Assembly: GCA_002633005.1 (NCBI GenBank) | Contig: NMRA01000033.1 | Coordinates: 196,397-260,396 of the forward strand | DNA from: Phoronis australis | Taxonomy: Eukaryota; Animalia; Phoronida | Direction of reading: 5' to 3' | Length of the DNA: 64,000 nucleotides | Shown: positions 36,701-49,800 of the stretch, piece after piece | Layout of the letters: each line of letters starts with the position of its first letter | Position numbering within the stretch: the stretch's first letter is position 1 | Translations under genes and position numbers: made by a program | Notes under the pieces: model-generated | Databases searched by the model: none | What the model was told of the DNA's origin: nothing | Seen by the model: only the letters and a program-made list of their open reading frames with translations

Positions 36701-39700
36701 TACGGATGTTCGTGGAAATGGTTCGAATCGCACGAACAGTGCATCGCCCGCTTGCACAAATGAGAACTAAGAGAAATCGGCTAAGAATTTCTTTGGTTAA
36801 TTGTTTTAGACAACTCTTCAGTCTAGGTATGATTCGGCTTGTCGGTATTCGTGTGATTTAAGACAGATTCAAGCCAAGATCCCCCAAACCCAACCGAAAG
36901 ACTCAATTTTACGAATGAGCTACGAAGCCCTGATTTCTATTAATTTGATATAGAGATGAACCACACGAATTATCCAGTGGGAAACATTCCACGGACTGTG
37001 ATGAGTTCGCAACATTTGCAACGACGAATTCCACCGACCGCTAACGAATCGGGCATTTATGTATGTAGAATTAAGAACTTCCAGAATTGATTGTTATGAT
37101 TCAACCACAAATACGAAGGCAAACTTTCCAATTGCTTGGGATTCGTTGCAAGTATGGAAAGGGTGGATTCTCAGTTTTCGAGATCGAACTGAGAAGTGAA
37201 CATCTTTGGTGCAACGGGAGCTTACCTAGGCCCGACCTGCGTAAATGAAGTTGCTGATAAAGTTCTACTCTCACATCGACCGTGTTGTTTTGGGGACACA
37301 CAGGGTTGTCCTGACGAATATAGTTGCCCTGTTAGCTCATGTTAGTCAAAAACAAGACGATCGGGCTCTAGTGACCTTGTCGATCAGCCGATCGAGGTAG
37401 GGCGGGCAAGTTCATAATGCCGCACCCGATCAACTTCGCAATGTATAAGTGTCCGTGTATCCAAAACCGGTGTCGACGTGGAAGTAATTATCAGGTACCT
37501 CCACACCTTGGCACTTTCCGGCGGGAACCTTTTGCCCGTGATATACCGGTGCGCCAGTGGCAGGTTTGTCCTGTATGGACGCTCAGCTCATAGTGATCGG
37601 CGGGGTCAGTCAAGTTTGGGCGTACTTACTTGCGCTTGGGTCGATGTCTCCGTGCTTCCGAAACGTTTATACACAATTTTATAACCTAGATGCAGTGGAA
37701 CGAGTCCCTTTAGACAGAATTTTGTTCATCTATAGTTCCTCATGAGCAAAACAAGTTCAAACTCTTGTTTACCATGGGTAGTTTTGTCGCTTCTGTATGC
37801 GGTCAGTGACAAGTTCGTTATGGATTTATAAATCACAACAAATATTAATTGCCTAGGGTAGGAGCCCTTACTTAACAACTCAGTACACCTTCTCGGCATG
37901 AGAGACACCATAACACTAGGTCTTGTTACATCACTTTTCTGGTTGCTGTGTTCAAATTCATTTATAAAAAGAAGTATTATACACGCAGGGAAGTGTATCT
38001 GATCAAAATATAAAACTGACGTTGGTGACTCTGTACATTCCCCTGTTCCCTCTCGGTCATTTCGTCAGCATCATTTGTAACAACTAAGTTGAATTCACAA
38101 CATTTAATGTACGTAATGGAATTAAAAATCATTCATACTACCAGAAAATCATGTCACAATCACTCGCATAATCGGCTGAAAACAAAGCCTTGAGAAATCC
38201 CAAGTCTATAGGAAAGAAGTTAGGCCTGATTTCAAATGAGTGTTGCCAACATGATTGCCAGATACAATTCACAAAGCGCGGTTTGAGGACTGACTTACGA
38301 CTTGTCTGCTGCTTGATCCATTCTCCAGTCTATACAAGGCAAAAACAAAATACACGAATAATTGTTTGTAAATGATGTTTTTATCCTAAACCACGTCGCT
38401 GTACAAACCAACACTGGTATTTCATCTAAGATATTTAGTAGATAATTTTGATGTAAAATTTAGTTTAAACACGACTTAGTGAGAAGCCCTTCATCACTAC
38501 AAACCATGTGGCTTGAATGATATTGCACGGGGGTCAGAATTAGCCGGCGATCGCTCAAGTTTTTCTGGGTTCCTCTTGTAGTAATTACTCTTAGGGCTGT
38601 ATTTAGCTCTTCGCATCGTCGCTGCTCAGTGAGACTTGGTCTTCCACCGTATTCAGGGAGCAATCTGTTCTGCCATCTAGCGGCTGTTCTGCCTTCTGAA
38701 ACATCTCCTCTTGGTAAAGCAACAAACCCGTAGTTGACGTCATGCGACTTACACCTGGAAAACGACAAATGTGAAATAATTCAGGCATGATAAACATTGG
38801 GACAGTTAAGGGGGCACACGGACGCGTAGGTATGGGGAGGGGGGTTGGCACCGACAGGTGGAGAACAGCGTAAACGACAAGAACAGCACATGGTGACCAC
38901 CGAGGGATGAGGCAAGGCGGAGCCAGGCGAGAATGGCACTGTTGGTAACTACCTGTGTGGGCAATCCGTGCCCTAGAAAAACTCTAAGGGTATACCGTAT
39001 AAATTCGTTTGTTACCCCTTGTGTAACGAAACGTAAAATATGAGCGCGGCGTCTCAAAGCATTTTATCTGCAATCTGACTTTTTTCAATTGTGAAAACGA
39101 AACCAACATCGTTGCAACTCGCAACAACGTCCTAACAATTAAAAAAAAGAGAAAAAATATCTTACCGATCTGAAGAAACCCATCTCAGATGAATTACAAT
39201 AAGGTAAAGGAAGGAAAGGTATTTTAAGTACTGCCATAGATGTACCACTCCACTACAGCGGTACAACAAATATTTACATCTGTTCATTGATACCGTTATC
39301 TTTGTGACTTTCTGTTTTTGCTAAAATTTCCTAGTAACATATGGTCATGTGATCCAGTCAGTGACAAATTGGTATGAAGTCAAAATTAATGAAAATCAAA
39401 TTCCACTTGCTTTTTACTTTCAAGCAATATGTCCTTTTACTGAGCGAAACTTATAGTTTTGTACACATTTGGTTGAATGCGCGCACACTGACAGACTCGT
39501 GGATAAGGTCCTGCAAAATTTTAAAGGGTCTCTGTCGGTCGATAAAAGCGTTATGAGGATTGTTGGTGAACGGGATAGGGTTCTTGGAGTTACTAGCTTT
39601 TACCGGGGCTATAAATCAACAAAATCGGTTGTTTTTGTACGATTTTATTAAAAATCGACAATTCTTGCCATGTCTGCAAATGAGACATTCGCTGGAATTA

Positions 39701-39715
39701 AGGCCTGTGACTACC

Positions 39716-39878
39716 CAGTGGCGGATTTAGAGGGGGGCCAAGGGGGTCATGCCCCCCCCCTAAAATTCTACTAGATTACATTTGGCAGTTCGGGGGTGCG
39801 AATGTCTGACTGGCAAAATCCTGGCTAATACTCTGCCCTGCCCCCCCGCTAAAACTCAAAATTCTGGATCCGCCCCTG
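39716..39878. mobile_element. MITE with CAG..CTG ends and 5-bp TSD
   Basis: cagtggcggatttaga / tctggatccgcccctg TIRs; perfect TSD ctacc at 39711-39715 and 39879-39883. Confidence 0.8.
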
Positions 39879-40520
39879 CTACCGGTTCAGTACGTCTAAA
39901 ATACTTTGAAATTTATTGGGATTTAGCTCCGCGGCCAGCACAGCGTTCGACCGACACGTTGACAGCAGAAATTCAGGTTTGACTACGTGCTGAGGCTGCA
40001 TCTCAGAAAATCACTTTTCTCGACTATAATGTCTTTTTGATAGTTGTCATGCGCCGCAAAATTCCTAGCCTAGCCGCAAATAGCCACCTATTTCCAGAAT
40101 TCTAAATGTTAGGCCATGCTCCCAAAAATGACAAATAGAACTCCCATTGATTGTTTCATAATGATGGGAGATAAAATTGAATTAATGCGCCCATATAAAA
40201 GAATTAATAGGTTTAAAAATCGACTTCATACCACTGTCTATGGTACAAAAATCAAATCCCACTATTCATTTTATGGGGGCATAAATTCGAATACACAGGG
40301 TGATGAATTTCAAGTCGTGTCCCATCTGGGCAAGGCTGGGTTTAGGACCGTCCTGAATTACACAGCGACACTCGAATCTCACTGTGTTTACCCACAATGC
40401 CGTAAATTTCCGTCAAACCCATTTCCTGCCTGTTTTCGTGTCACTGGAGTTTCACATGTTATTTGTTGTTGTCTGATTCTTTACAAGGTTTTCTCAGTTG
40501 CATTACTCTATTCGTCCTTC

Positions 40521-40670
40521 AAGCCAACGAAGTATTACTGCTGTGCTATGGGTTGCAACTCCGACGTGACAAAGTTTGATAAATTGGACAAATACCCGTA
40601 GATGCGTGATCTGAAATTCTTCGCCTTCCCAATGAGAGACACAAAAATGTGCCTGAGTTTCAAAACGAGG
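40521..40670 (+). pseudogene. Degenerate THAP-domain relic (DNA transposon remnant)
   Basis: PTKYYCCAMGCNSD..KYP*MRDLKFFAFP: CxxxGC and FFxFP THAP motifs with an in-frame stop; flanks carry repeated cccatataaa motifs. Confidence 0.55.
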
Positions 40671-43600
40671 TGACGCGCTTTCTAATCTCAGGGACAAAGG
40701 ACAGTTCCATCGCCGTGTAATCCGGGACGGCCCTATTTGTTGGACAGCAACACAGACTGGTAATAAGTTGATTTAGAACCCCATATAAAGAATTAATGGA
40801 GATATAAAATCAAACTGAACCCCCCATATAAAAATCGATTCATATGGGTCAGTTTTATGGAGGTATAGCCTAAATTCGGAATATATGGAGGGTAAATTAC
40901 GTAATTACATGCAAGTTCGCTCTAGCCAACCCTACGCTAAAATGTAACAGCCTTAGCCCATAGTTGTGGCAAGTGCTAATTATCTAATTTTTGTGTAAAA
41001 CTTTCTAGGCTTTTCCAAAACTTTCTAGAAAAAAGAAGTGCCCCTCCCCTTGCCTGCCGCAAAAAAATAAAACAGCAAGAGCGTACGGAAATAGTGAGGT
41101 TATGAATTAATCCCGGTAATTAAAATTATACGGCTGAAACAAGATTTAAATGTGTGCAGTTTTAGTGTTTGGTGGGGGGGGGGGGGCTCAGATCCAATTT
41201 CAAGTGTCAAATTCGAAACACGGCGCAACCATAACGGAACTATGGCTTATGTCTAAGTATAGGCCGCGCCTGCCGCGATATCTCAGGCGACACCGGCAGT
41301 GCCGCTGGGCACTACGACCCCTTTCCGTCGTCGGCCCCACTGTGCAGTGAAGAAAATTACTTCATTTTTTAAAGAAAATGGAATCTGAGTGATGATGAAA
41401 AAACAAAATCTGCTGGTAAGATTTCAATTTTAATCGAACCCTTAGTGAATCACTCAGAAATTCATAATTCTTTCTTTGTCAAACCTTAACTTAAGACGAT
41501 TTCCAAAGCAATCGCGTCATTACTGCCAACACATAAAAACGGATTTGGTCTTTTGGTGAATTGAAGACTATTTTAAATACAACAAATTTGTTACGAACTG
41601 ATTGCACAAAATACAAAACATGTAATAAGCATTACAAAAAGAAGTAGGTTTCACGCGCAAACGCTGTGGACCATAAACAAGTAGGCCTCTTATTATCCTA
41701 TCAAGAGTTAAATCGTGGTGGTGCAGTGGTAAAGCACGCGCGTTCTATCCCCCTCCCGACCTCCCCCCATTCGGTGCTACGCGCATCTATAATCGTGCTT
41801 TGAGCAAGTGTTTACAAACAAAATGTAGCCCGCCCCCTTGTGATATCCTAGATCCGCCACTGGCTTTCCGAATAAGCAGGGCCAATTTTTTCGGTAGTCC
41901 TTTTATTGCATCGCGGATCCTCAGAGAATGAAATCGTCTGTCATGCCGTTGTCGTTGTTCAGACGAAACTGACTGAATGAAATAAATATGCCATTCAAGA
42001 TTGGAAAAACGCCGCCACTTGCAATGTGTTTGCACTCAGAATTCGAATTTTCATCTAAATTAAACTTGTTATGTCAGTTATTCAATTTGTTTTTCTTGAA
42101 ACCACAAACACTACAGGTTATGATCTGTGGTTTTATGGAGAAGCAATGGAATTTTGAGAGCTCGGCATATCTGCTTTTTTATTTCAATTTTGTGTATAGG
42201 CCTACTGTCACAAATAATTTTCATGGGAAGATTCGTGCACCTCGATATCCAAGGTTCATTACACATCCCACATCAGAAAGCCTGAAACTACTGACAGGCT
42301 CTGATTTCCAGCTAATCTAGTAAAGGTTGTTAGTTTCTGCTACTATGAATACTACTTTCTGTTAATCATAGTTCAAGATGGCCAGTCAATAGAATACAAG
42401 AACTCAAATTACAGAGTGCAAGTTCTTTCGTGTGTCCATGACCCTTCTTTTTGTGAAGTGCGGCTTTGGCCTATGGTCAACCGGGGTAGGTAACGATATC
42501 CTATAAGCATAATACAGTGTAACACGATTTTGTGTTGATAGTATAAGCTTATCCCATAGCACAATTGAATACGAGGAAAATTTGTTTTCTCACGATTAGA
42601 CAGCCTCAAGTTTTCGTAGTTGCGGCCCATTGGCGTCATGGTGATTGGAATAAGACTGCAAGCGCCTTGGGTTGTCGAGTGTAAAAAATGACCCGGAGTT
42701 GCCCATTTGGGCAACTGAATGAAGGACTGGGCGAAAAGTTTGATATAGTGCGGGAGTATTTGTTCGAGCTTCCGGCGTATGGCGGCCCTGTGGGATGGCT
42801 GAGACGGTGGTACTGTCTGTTGAGGCTCTTTCTCAAGTTTGAAGACGCTGGAAAATCAGTTTTGTTTGTGCGACACTGAATAAGCCATACTTTTACAAAA
42901 TATGATGAAAGACAACAAATGTGAGTACATTATGACATCAATTTTATATTTCAGACACTATGTACAGATCACAATATGCATAGGCTAAGAACATACAAGA
43001 GTGCACGACTGAAGAACAGGGCGAATCAAAAGTCCAATGGCAGACGATAATGAATTACTCTCGAAACCAAACGTAAGTCAAGACATACCTTAGTCTACAA
43101 GACTGAAAAGTTTAATTTAGCAGACTATTAAAATGTACCCTGTGTCTAGAAATGTTAAATTCCTTCAACTGAAACATTTTTGGACAATTTAGAGAACTAA
43201 CTTCAAAATGTTCTGAAATGAAATTTGAGCCCTGTTGTTCATCAAGAAAGTGGAAAAGAATGCATGAAACAGAAAATTACAATCAACAAGAGAAAGTAAA
43301 AATGCCCATTTTCATACACATAAGCGCTCTGAACACATGCAATGCCAAAAAGACGATGGCGAAAACATATAGCCATTTTACCAAACACAATCACTGTGCC
43401 ACCACCATGAAGTCTTGAAAGGCTCAACATTCAGCAGGATCAACAGACTGTATAAATCTGAACACAGATCAACTGACTGTACAACTCCCTACACAAAAAT
43501 TGCAAAGACAAGAGTGCAATACAGAAATCTTAATCAACAGTGAATATGTAAACTTGATACAACAACTCAACAACATTCCTGTGCAATACAACTGATGCAC

Positions 43601-46600
43601 TGTGAAAGTGCATTCACCCACAGGTCAAAATTTTATTATTTTTATTTGGCAGAGTTTACTTTCATACTGGACTCTAGTGTTCCACTTTTTCAATTTAAAG
43701 ACACTCTTTCTTTAAAACATTGTCTTCTAATGTAGTGGAGAGATATTGCTAAAATAGGTACTACAGCGGTGTACCCACTGAATTTATACAAAATGAGGTT
43801 TGGTGTGATTCAACGTCCCAAGCCATCTTGTGTTACTTTACAAGAAACAGGAGATCACCTATTAAATTCTTCTTTGAAAAAATGACGTCATACATCAAAA
43901 GATTATCACTAGGGACTAAACTTTGAGTGAACTGTTTGTGTTGAAATCCCTTTAATACAATTAGTGGAAGGGGTATCTTTAATTTTCCTCTTAGAAACAC
44001 CAATGGAGAATTGGCACCTTTAGTTGGCCCGGGGGGGGGGGGTAACTGGGAAACCTATTATGAGACACCCCAAGAACATTCAAAGAATGTGTGCGGTCCA
44101 CTGTGTCCAGACAGTAAATCACCAACACTGGCAAATTCAATGACTGAGGTAGATTATAGAAAGGAAAACTTCTTTCATGGCGTTCCCATTAAATCACTTT
44201 GTTCTTGACACGTTACTCCATTTGACTGAAGAGTAGATGTTGATTAGAGTGCATAAAACTGAGTACTACTGAGCCACAATCAAAGAAATTGTAAAATTGT
44301 AGAGAAAAGAACAAAATGACAGGCTAGAAGACCACCCTGTGTTTCAGACATGCAACAAATCCATTTACGGACTTTCTCTTTGTTCATATCATAATTATTC
44401 TCTTAGTCGTACAACAGAAAAGCAGAGAACTTATCGCTTTAATCATAGTCAGGAATCAGTAATTTCTTATCATCCTTTCAAATTGATCAGATGGCCATAA
44501 TCATGTTGCCTGAGACTACAATCCTTTCAGGCCTAAGCACCTAATGATTGCATAAACCTATTTCACAGAACAAAAACAAACAACTTACACAACTGGTCAC
44601 AAATGAGAAGTATCAACTGACAAATAGGTTGATCAACATACTTTAAATAGAATTTATCAAACTATAACCACCCTAATAACAATGTGCCACAATAAATAAA
44701 CAATCAGCAACATGTGACTCACAGATTTTCAGAAACAGTTTCATTAGTGCCACCAGTAGTGTTTACATTCTAATACTGTTCAGGCAAAGATTTCCCTCCG
44801 TGTCCTTCAACAGCCAGGAAGGTTTTCTTGAACAGGGCAACACAACAAAGCAATGAGCCAATCACAAAGCGACATTTGAATGCTCGACATAAACTGGTTA
44901 TTTAGCTGTAATTGGAACTCAGCCTAACCACTTTCTCGCTCAGTTATATTGAGCGCTAGTTCAGTAATATGACTTTTACCTGGGGATGATCCTGCTTCAT
45001 ACAGTGGTGAGGTGGATTGTTTTGATTTGACTTTGAGACATATGAAAAAATCTAGACTTCATGTATTCTATGATTATACCATGGTCAGCTCATGGGTGAC
45101 CTTTCTGGCTTCAGGTAGCTTAGACCCGCTATCTATCAACCAACTATTGTAATGAAATTGGTCACAAACTATTCTTTTGTCAAATTAGAGATGATTCTAG
45201 GATTTTAGAAAAAATGTCACTGTGTCATTTTAGGTGCAGAGCTTGGTCTCTACAAATAACAAAATGACAGTTATTTGCAAACCCTGAAATCACTTGTCAA
45301 GACCAATTTCATACCAGTAAATTGCCTAAATAAAAATTTGCTTTTTGGATGGAACGCAAGTTTATCAATGCTTTATCAAACCATTTCATACTTACTTTAT
45401 CTGACTTTGAGCTTGACCATTTTTGACAGCCTGTGCCAAAGCGTCACTCAATCTTCATAACGATACCACAATGACCTCTCACTAAGAAGCCAAAATACTT
45501 AGAAATGGTTGGATAAAAACAATGTAGAGATTCAAAGGCAGTGAGATGTGTGCTCAATTTCGCAACATCAGCAACATAGCGGCAAGTGTCGCGACCTCGT
45601 CTGAATTTTGGCAATCATACAAATCTGTCATGCAGTTGAGCATTGAAAAAAACAGTGCATTTCCACAGAGTCGACATTTAAGAATGATTGTTCTAGTGAA
45701 AAATGGGCCATACTGACAAAAACATCCATTGTCAAGAACAACCCTCCCACTCTTATCAAAACGCATCATGCCATTTTATTTTTACCTCACTTCTTTCTCA
45801 ACCATAATGCAGTTATTGTTCTCATATCAAGCTCGATTCAGTAAACATAACTGTAGTACTTAATCTCAACAATGATCTGAATCCAACCGGGTGTGACCAC
45901 ACAGGACAACTGCACACCAATCAGAGCTTGTAAATTCACCACTGTACACAATGAATTCTGGCCTTTCACAAACTTGTTAGCAAAATATTTACAGCACAAA
46001 AACGAGAGTGAGACTACACTGATATGCAACAAATGCGAACAGTTAGCAATAACATGAAAATGCACAGGGTGTTACAAAAAGATGGACCTAGTTTGCAATT
46101 GCCATATGGCTATGTTCAAAGCAGACCAAGTTTTTGAAATACCCTGTAGTCCGAAACTGAGACAGGAAGTCTAACATGGCTGCAGTAGATTGCACTGTTT
46201 GACAACGACTTGAGCCACTTCACTCAATGCTTGATCAATGTTCTTATTGAATTTTATTGGTAACAGAAACAGAGCCCTCTACAGTAGTAGGCCGAATTTA
46301 TGTGAGTAAAAGGCCTTTCAACCATCTAAACAAGATGAGATGTACATTTAATTGTTTTATCCATCAAAGCAGGGCTCAAGAAAAGTTTGTTAGCAAGTTG
46401 AACTGGCAAGCGAAATGCAATGCATCCATGCGATACCCGTGTCAAAAGCACCCGGCACTTCACATCAATAACTTAGGCCAATGAAACAGAGAAAGAGAGA
46501 GATTAGCCGCAGTATTTACAGGCGTTCTTGAAACCACAGTTCCACTGTCATCCAGTGACATTGTGCTGTGTCCACAGGCGAAAGGTGCGCAGAGATATAC

Positions 46601-46674
46601 AAACAATATGTAGAGTAACAACACGCACAAACGTCAGGCAGACAGATGCATACACCAGATGCCACCGTGTGCGA

Positions 46675-46832
46675 TCATGTCTTTTTCTCACCTTTCGTTA
46701 ATGGTTTTATAACTACGCTCGCTGCCTTTGTGCTGTTGGCGTTCTCGTCGCCCGTTCTTGGCGATTTCTCTGTCGGTTTGCTGTCCGCATTTTCTGGCTT
46801 AGCCTCTTTGGCTTCATCATTCTTTGGCTCAT
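46675..46832 (-). CDS. PDE1: PDE1 probable C-terminal charged exon
   Basis: tttcag acceptor in the matching phase; DEPKNDEAKEAKPENADSKPTEKSPR..; ends at a gtgag donor (46692) or at TGA (46675). Confidence 0.65.
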
Positions 46833-49800
46833 CTGAAATATGATGAAAATTTAACAAAATAGCACAAATTATTTCATTACCTATTCCTATGTCCTGGCCA
46901 CCTAATATATCGTTTCTGCAATTCAGTAGCCAGGAATGCCTGGAAATTTTTCGAAGCCAACAAAAAATTGAAATAAACTAACAGGCTTACAAACTAGAAT
47001 GAAGAAGACAAAGCTACCATCTGCAAGACAAATTAAAAGTTAACTGAGGTGAAGCTACCTCTGCTAGACTGACAACGTTGAAAGACTGGGCACAACAGAT
47101 TTAACTGAGGCATCATTAAACGCCATGCCTTCTGTCGAAGTTTAGATTTAGGCCACTTATCGTTATAAAATTGAGTTTTATCTTGTTCTTAACTCAGTTT
47201 AGAAGTGATGTCTGGGCTCAGGTAGAACTGGCAACTCATTATTTCTTCAAACACAAAATTTTAGAAGCTTGATGTCACTATCCTAGACTGTGAGGAAGAC
47301 TGGTTCAGAAGGGGTTTAAAGGAAGCTCTCTATGAACGCATTGAGAGTCCCTCTTTAAATAGAAGAGGCGGTTTAAGATTCGATTTGTCACACGTATGCG
47401 ATGGTGTTCTGACGTCACTGCCATGTCGTCTGGTCAAAACGCCACCAATTGGCCAGGATAATGATAACATCAGAAGCCAAGCTGAAGTCCGTGAGATGCT
47501 GACGCAACATCGCTACTTTTTGTAAGTTTTTATTCCAGTATTAGACTCAAACTTTATCTTGATCTGAAGAAATAACGAATTGCCACTTCGTCCCAAGCTT
47601 AGGAATTGTCTCTAATCTGAATAACGAACAAGCTAGTACCAGATTTATAACGGTAAGTAGTCTAAATCGTGAGTTATTTTTTGACGACCGATGGCTTTCG
47701 TCGTTTAAAAAAATACAGTCAAGGCAGGGAACTGTGCAATATGTACACAGAGGGTTTCATTTTCCACAAATTGTTGAGGTTTCCAGGAAACAATTATCAT
47801 TTTTGACGAGTGATTTTTTTTCATACAAAAAATCATAATGCAAATTTCACTGCATTCTTAAAGTGGAAGGTTACGCAACAGCAGCTGGTACATTATCAAT
47901 AAAGGAACAGCAGTTGCAGCATGCATTTATTTCTTTTCTTCTGTTGCAGTTAACCAAGTTTTCTCATTCAGACAGTGAAAAAGTTCAGTTTTTGATGATT
48001 TTAGTTTTTATAGTCCGCAGTGTCTAAAATTGACAGGAGAGAGTGTTGTCACCATCAGGCAGTGGTTATCACTGACATCCACCTCTGTTCCCTAATCCCA
48101 AACAAAAGAAGCCAACTACAAAAGTCCAAGAAAGTGGCTATTGTAATCTCAACAAGTAAGAAACATTCCATAGTTGATGGTCCTGAAATGACATGTAACA
48201 CCTAATAAATGTACTAAAAGAATAAACTAATTGTTTGCTTACGTTTGCAAAGCATCACTGAATGCATTAACTTGCAGTACAAGATTTCTTTTATTACTCA
48301 TCCGATGCAATTTTCCATGACTTTCCACAAGTTTTTACCGTTTGTCATACTTCAGAACTGTATACCTGCTTGTGAGACTGTTATCTGTGAACAGTCTCCT
48401 TAAGTGGCAAAGCAAGGTATAATGATCTAGGGCATGCACACACCCAGCCTTCAATATGGAGGGGCTCGAATTCCTAACGTTGTGGACCTTTTGGAAACAA
48501 AATAGCCGGCGGATTAAAAAAAAAACANAAAAAAAAAAAAAAAAAAAACGGGCGCACCACCGTGAATTGCGCATTTGCGCTTGTTTAGTGGACTTTTGTC
48601 TCATTCTCTCGGACTTTATGTTTCTCACAGGCGGACCTTTTTGCCCACTTCGCCAAATGGGAGGGGGGGCTCATTCAAGCCCCCTGAGCCCCCCCTGGGG
48701 CGCGCATGTAGGGACAATGTCAAACAGTTGCCTAAATCACTTTCTTATCAAAACTTTTTCAATACAAACACAGGCACTACATAGGTACATACAACAGCAC
48801 CTGAACCTATATGGCCGGCTTCTTTTGGGGTTAGGAACAGAGGTGGGTGTCAACATTGTTTCCCGAACAGTTTAGACACTGCCGACTAAAAAAAAAACAA
48901 CTTTGTCACTGAATGTTGAACCGTTTTCATTTTTTGAATGAGAAAACTTGTTCACCTACAACAGAAAGAGAAAAATGTGAATTGCAGTAACTGTTTCTTC
49001 GTTGAGATATCCCAATCTCTATTGTTTACATCATCAATTATCATAGTGCTCTTTGACAACCAAACAGTGCAGTGATATTTGAATGGAGGAACACGCCATG
49101 CAGCCCGTACACTAAAAATTCCAAAATGTTTGAATACTGAGTCCCACATATACTGCATCAAAAACGAATCATTTCATTTATGTATATGTAGTGCCCAACC
49201 CCCCAATTTCTCTTTTCGCAAATAGTTGGTTAATAGCTCCTGTAGCGTGCTCTGCATTTACGCTACAAGTACACTTAGATATGCACCCACGGGTGGTGCA
49301 TAAAAAGACAACAGTGAGCTTTCCTGGAGCACTCCAAAGTGTAGACTGCTGACCATCAAGTAACCAAGTACTAACTGATTAGTAACCACATGCCATGAAC
49401 AATTACAGCAAAATAGTTCAGTTGAAGACCCCCATATGGTGGACCTTCACAAAACTATCCTTCAATAGTGTACTCTCTTTGTATGGTAATGACCAAACAA
49501 CATTTGATAAAATTTTGAGGATTTGTAGTGATATTGCAAATCTTTGGAAAATCCAGAACTTATAATTTTAGCAATAATCAATGCTCCAAATTGGAGAATT
49601 TTCACTGTATAATCCAACCGAACCTTACCTAAGATAGTTGCACTTAGGCGCAAATAAAGGTTAACAGAAAAGCACAGCTATCTAGTAAGTTAACACACTT
49701 TAGGAGCTGTTCGTGGCTATTAGCTCAGGCAGACTGCTTTCGGAATCAGTTTTCCCTAAATACGGCTGCAAACTAGCACGTCGTAGAACTATTCACCCAT

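Noticed and set aside
41715-41760. tRNA-like start (ggtggtgcagtggtaaagcacgc); similar at ~3563 and ~4516
   Set aside because: A-box only, with no B-box or cloverleaf. At best decayed SINE heads.
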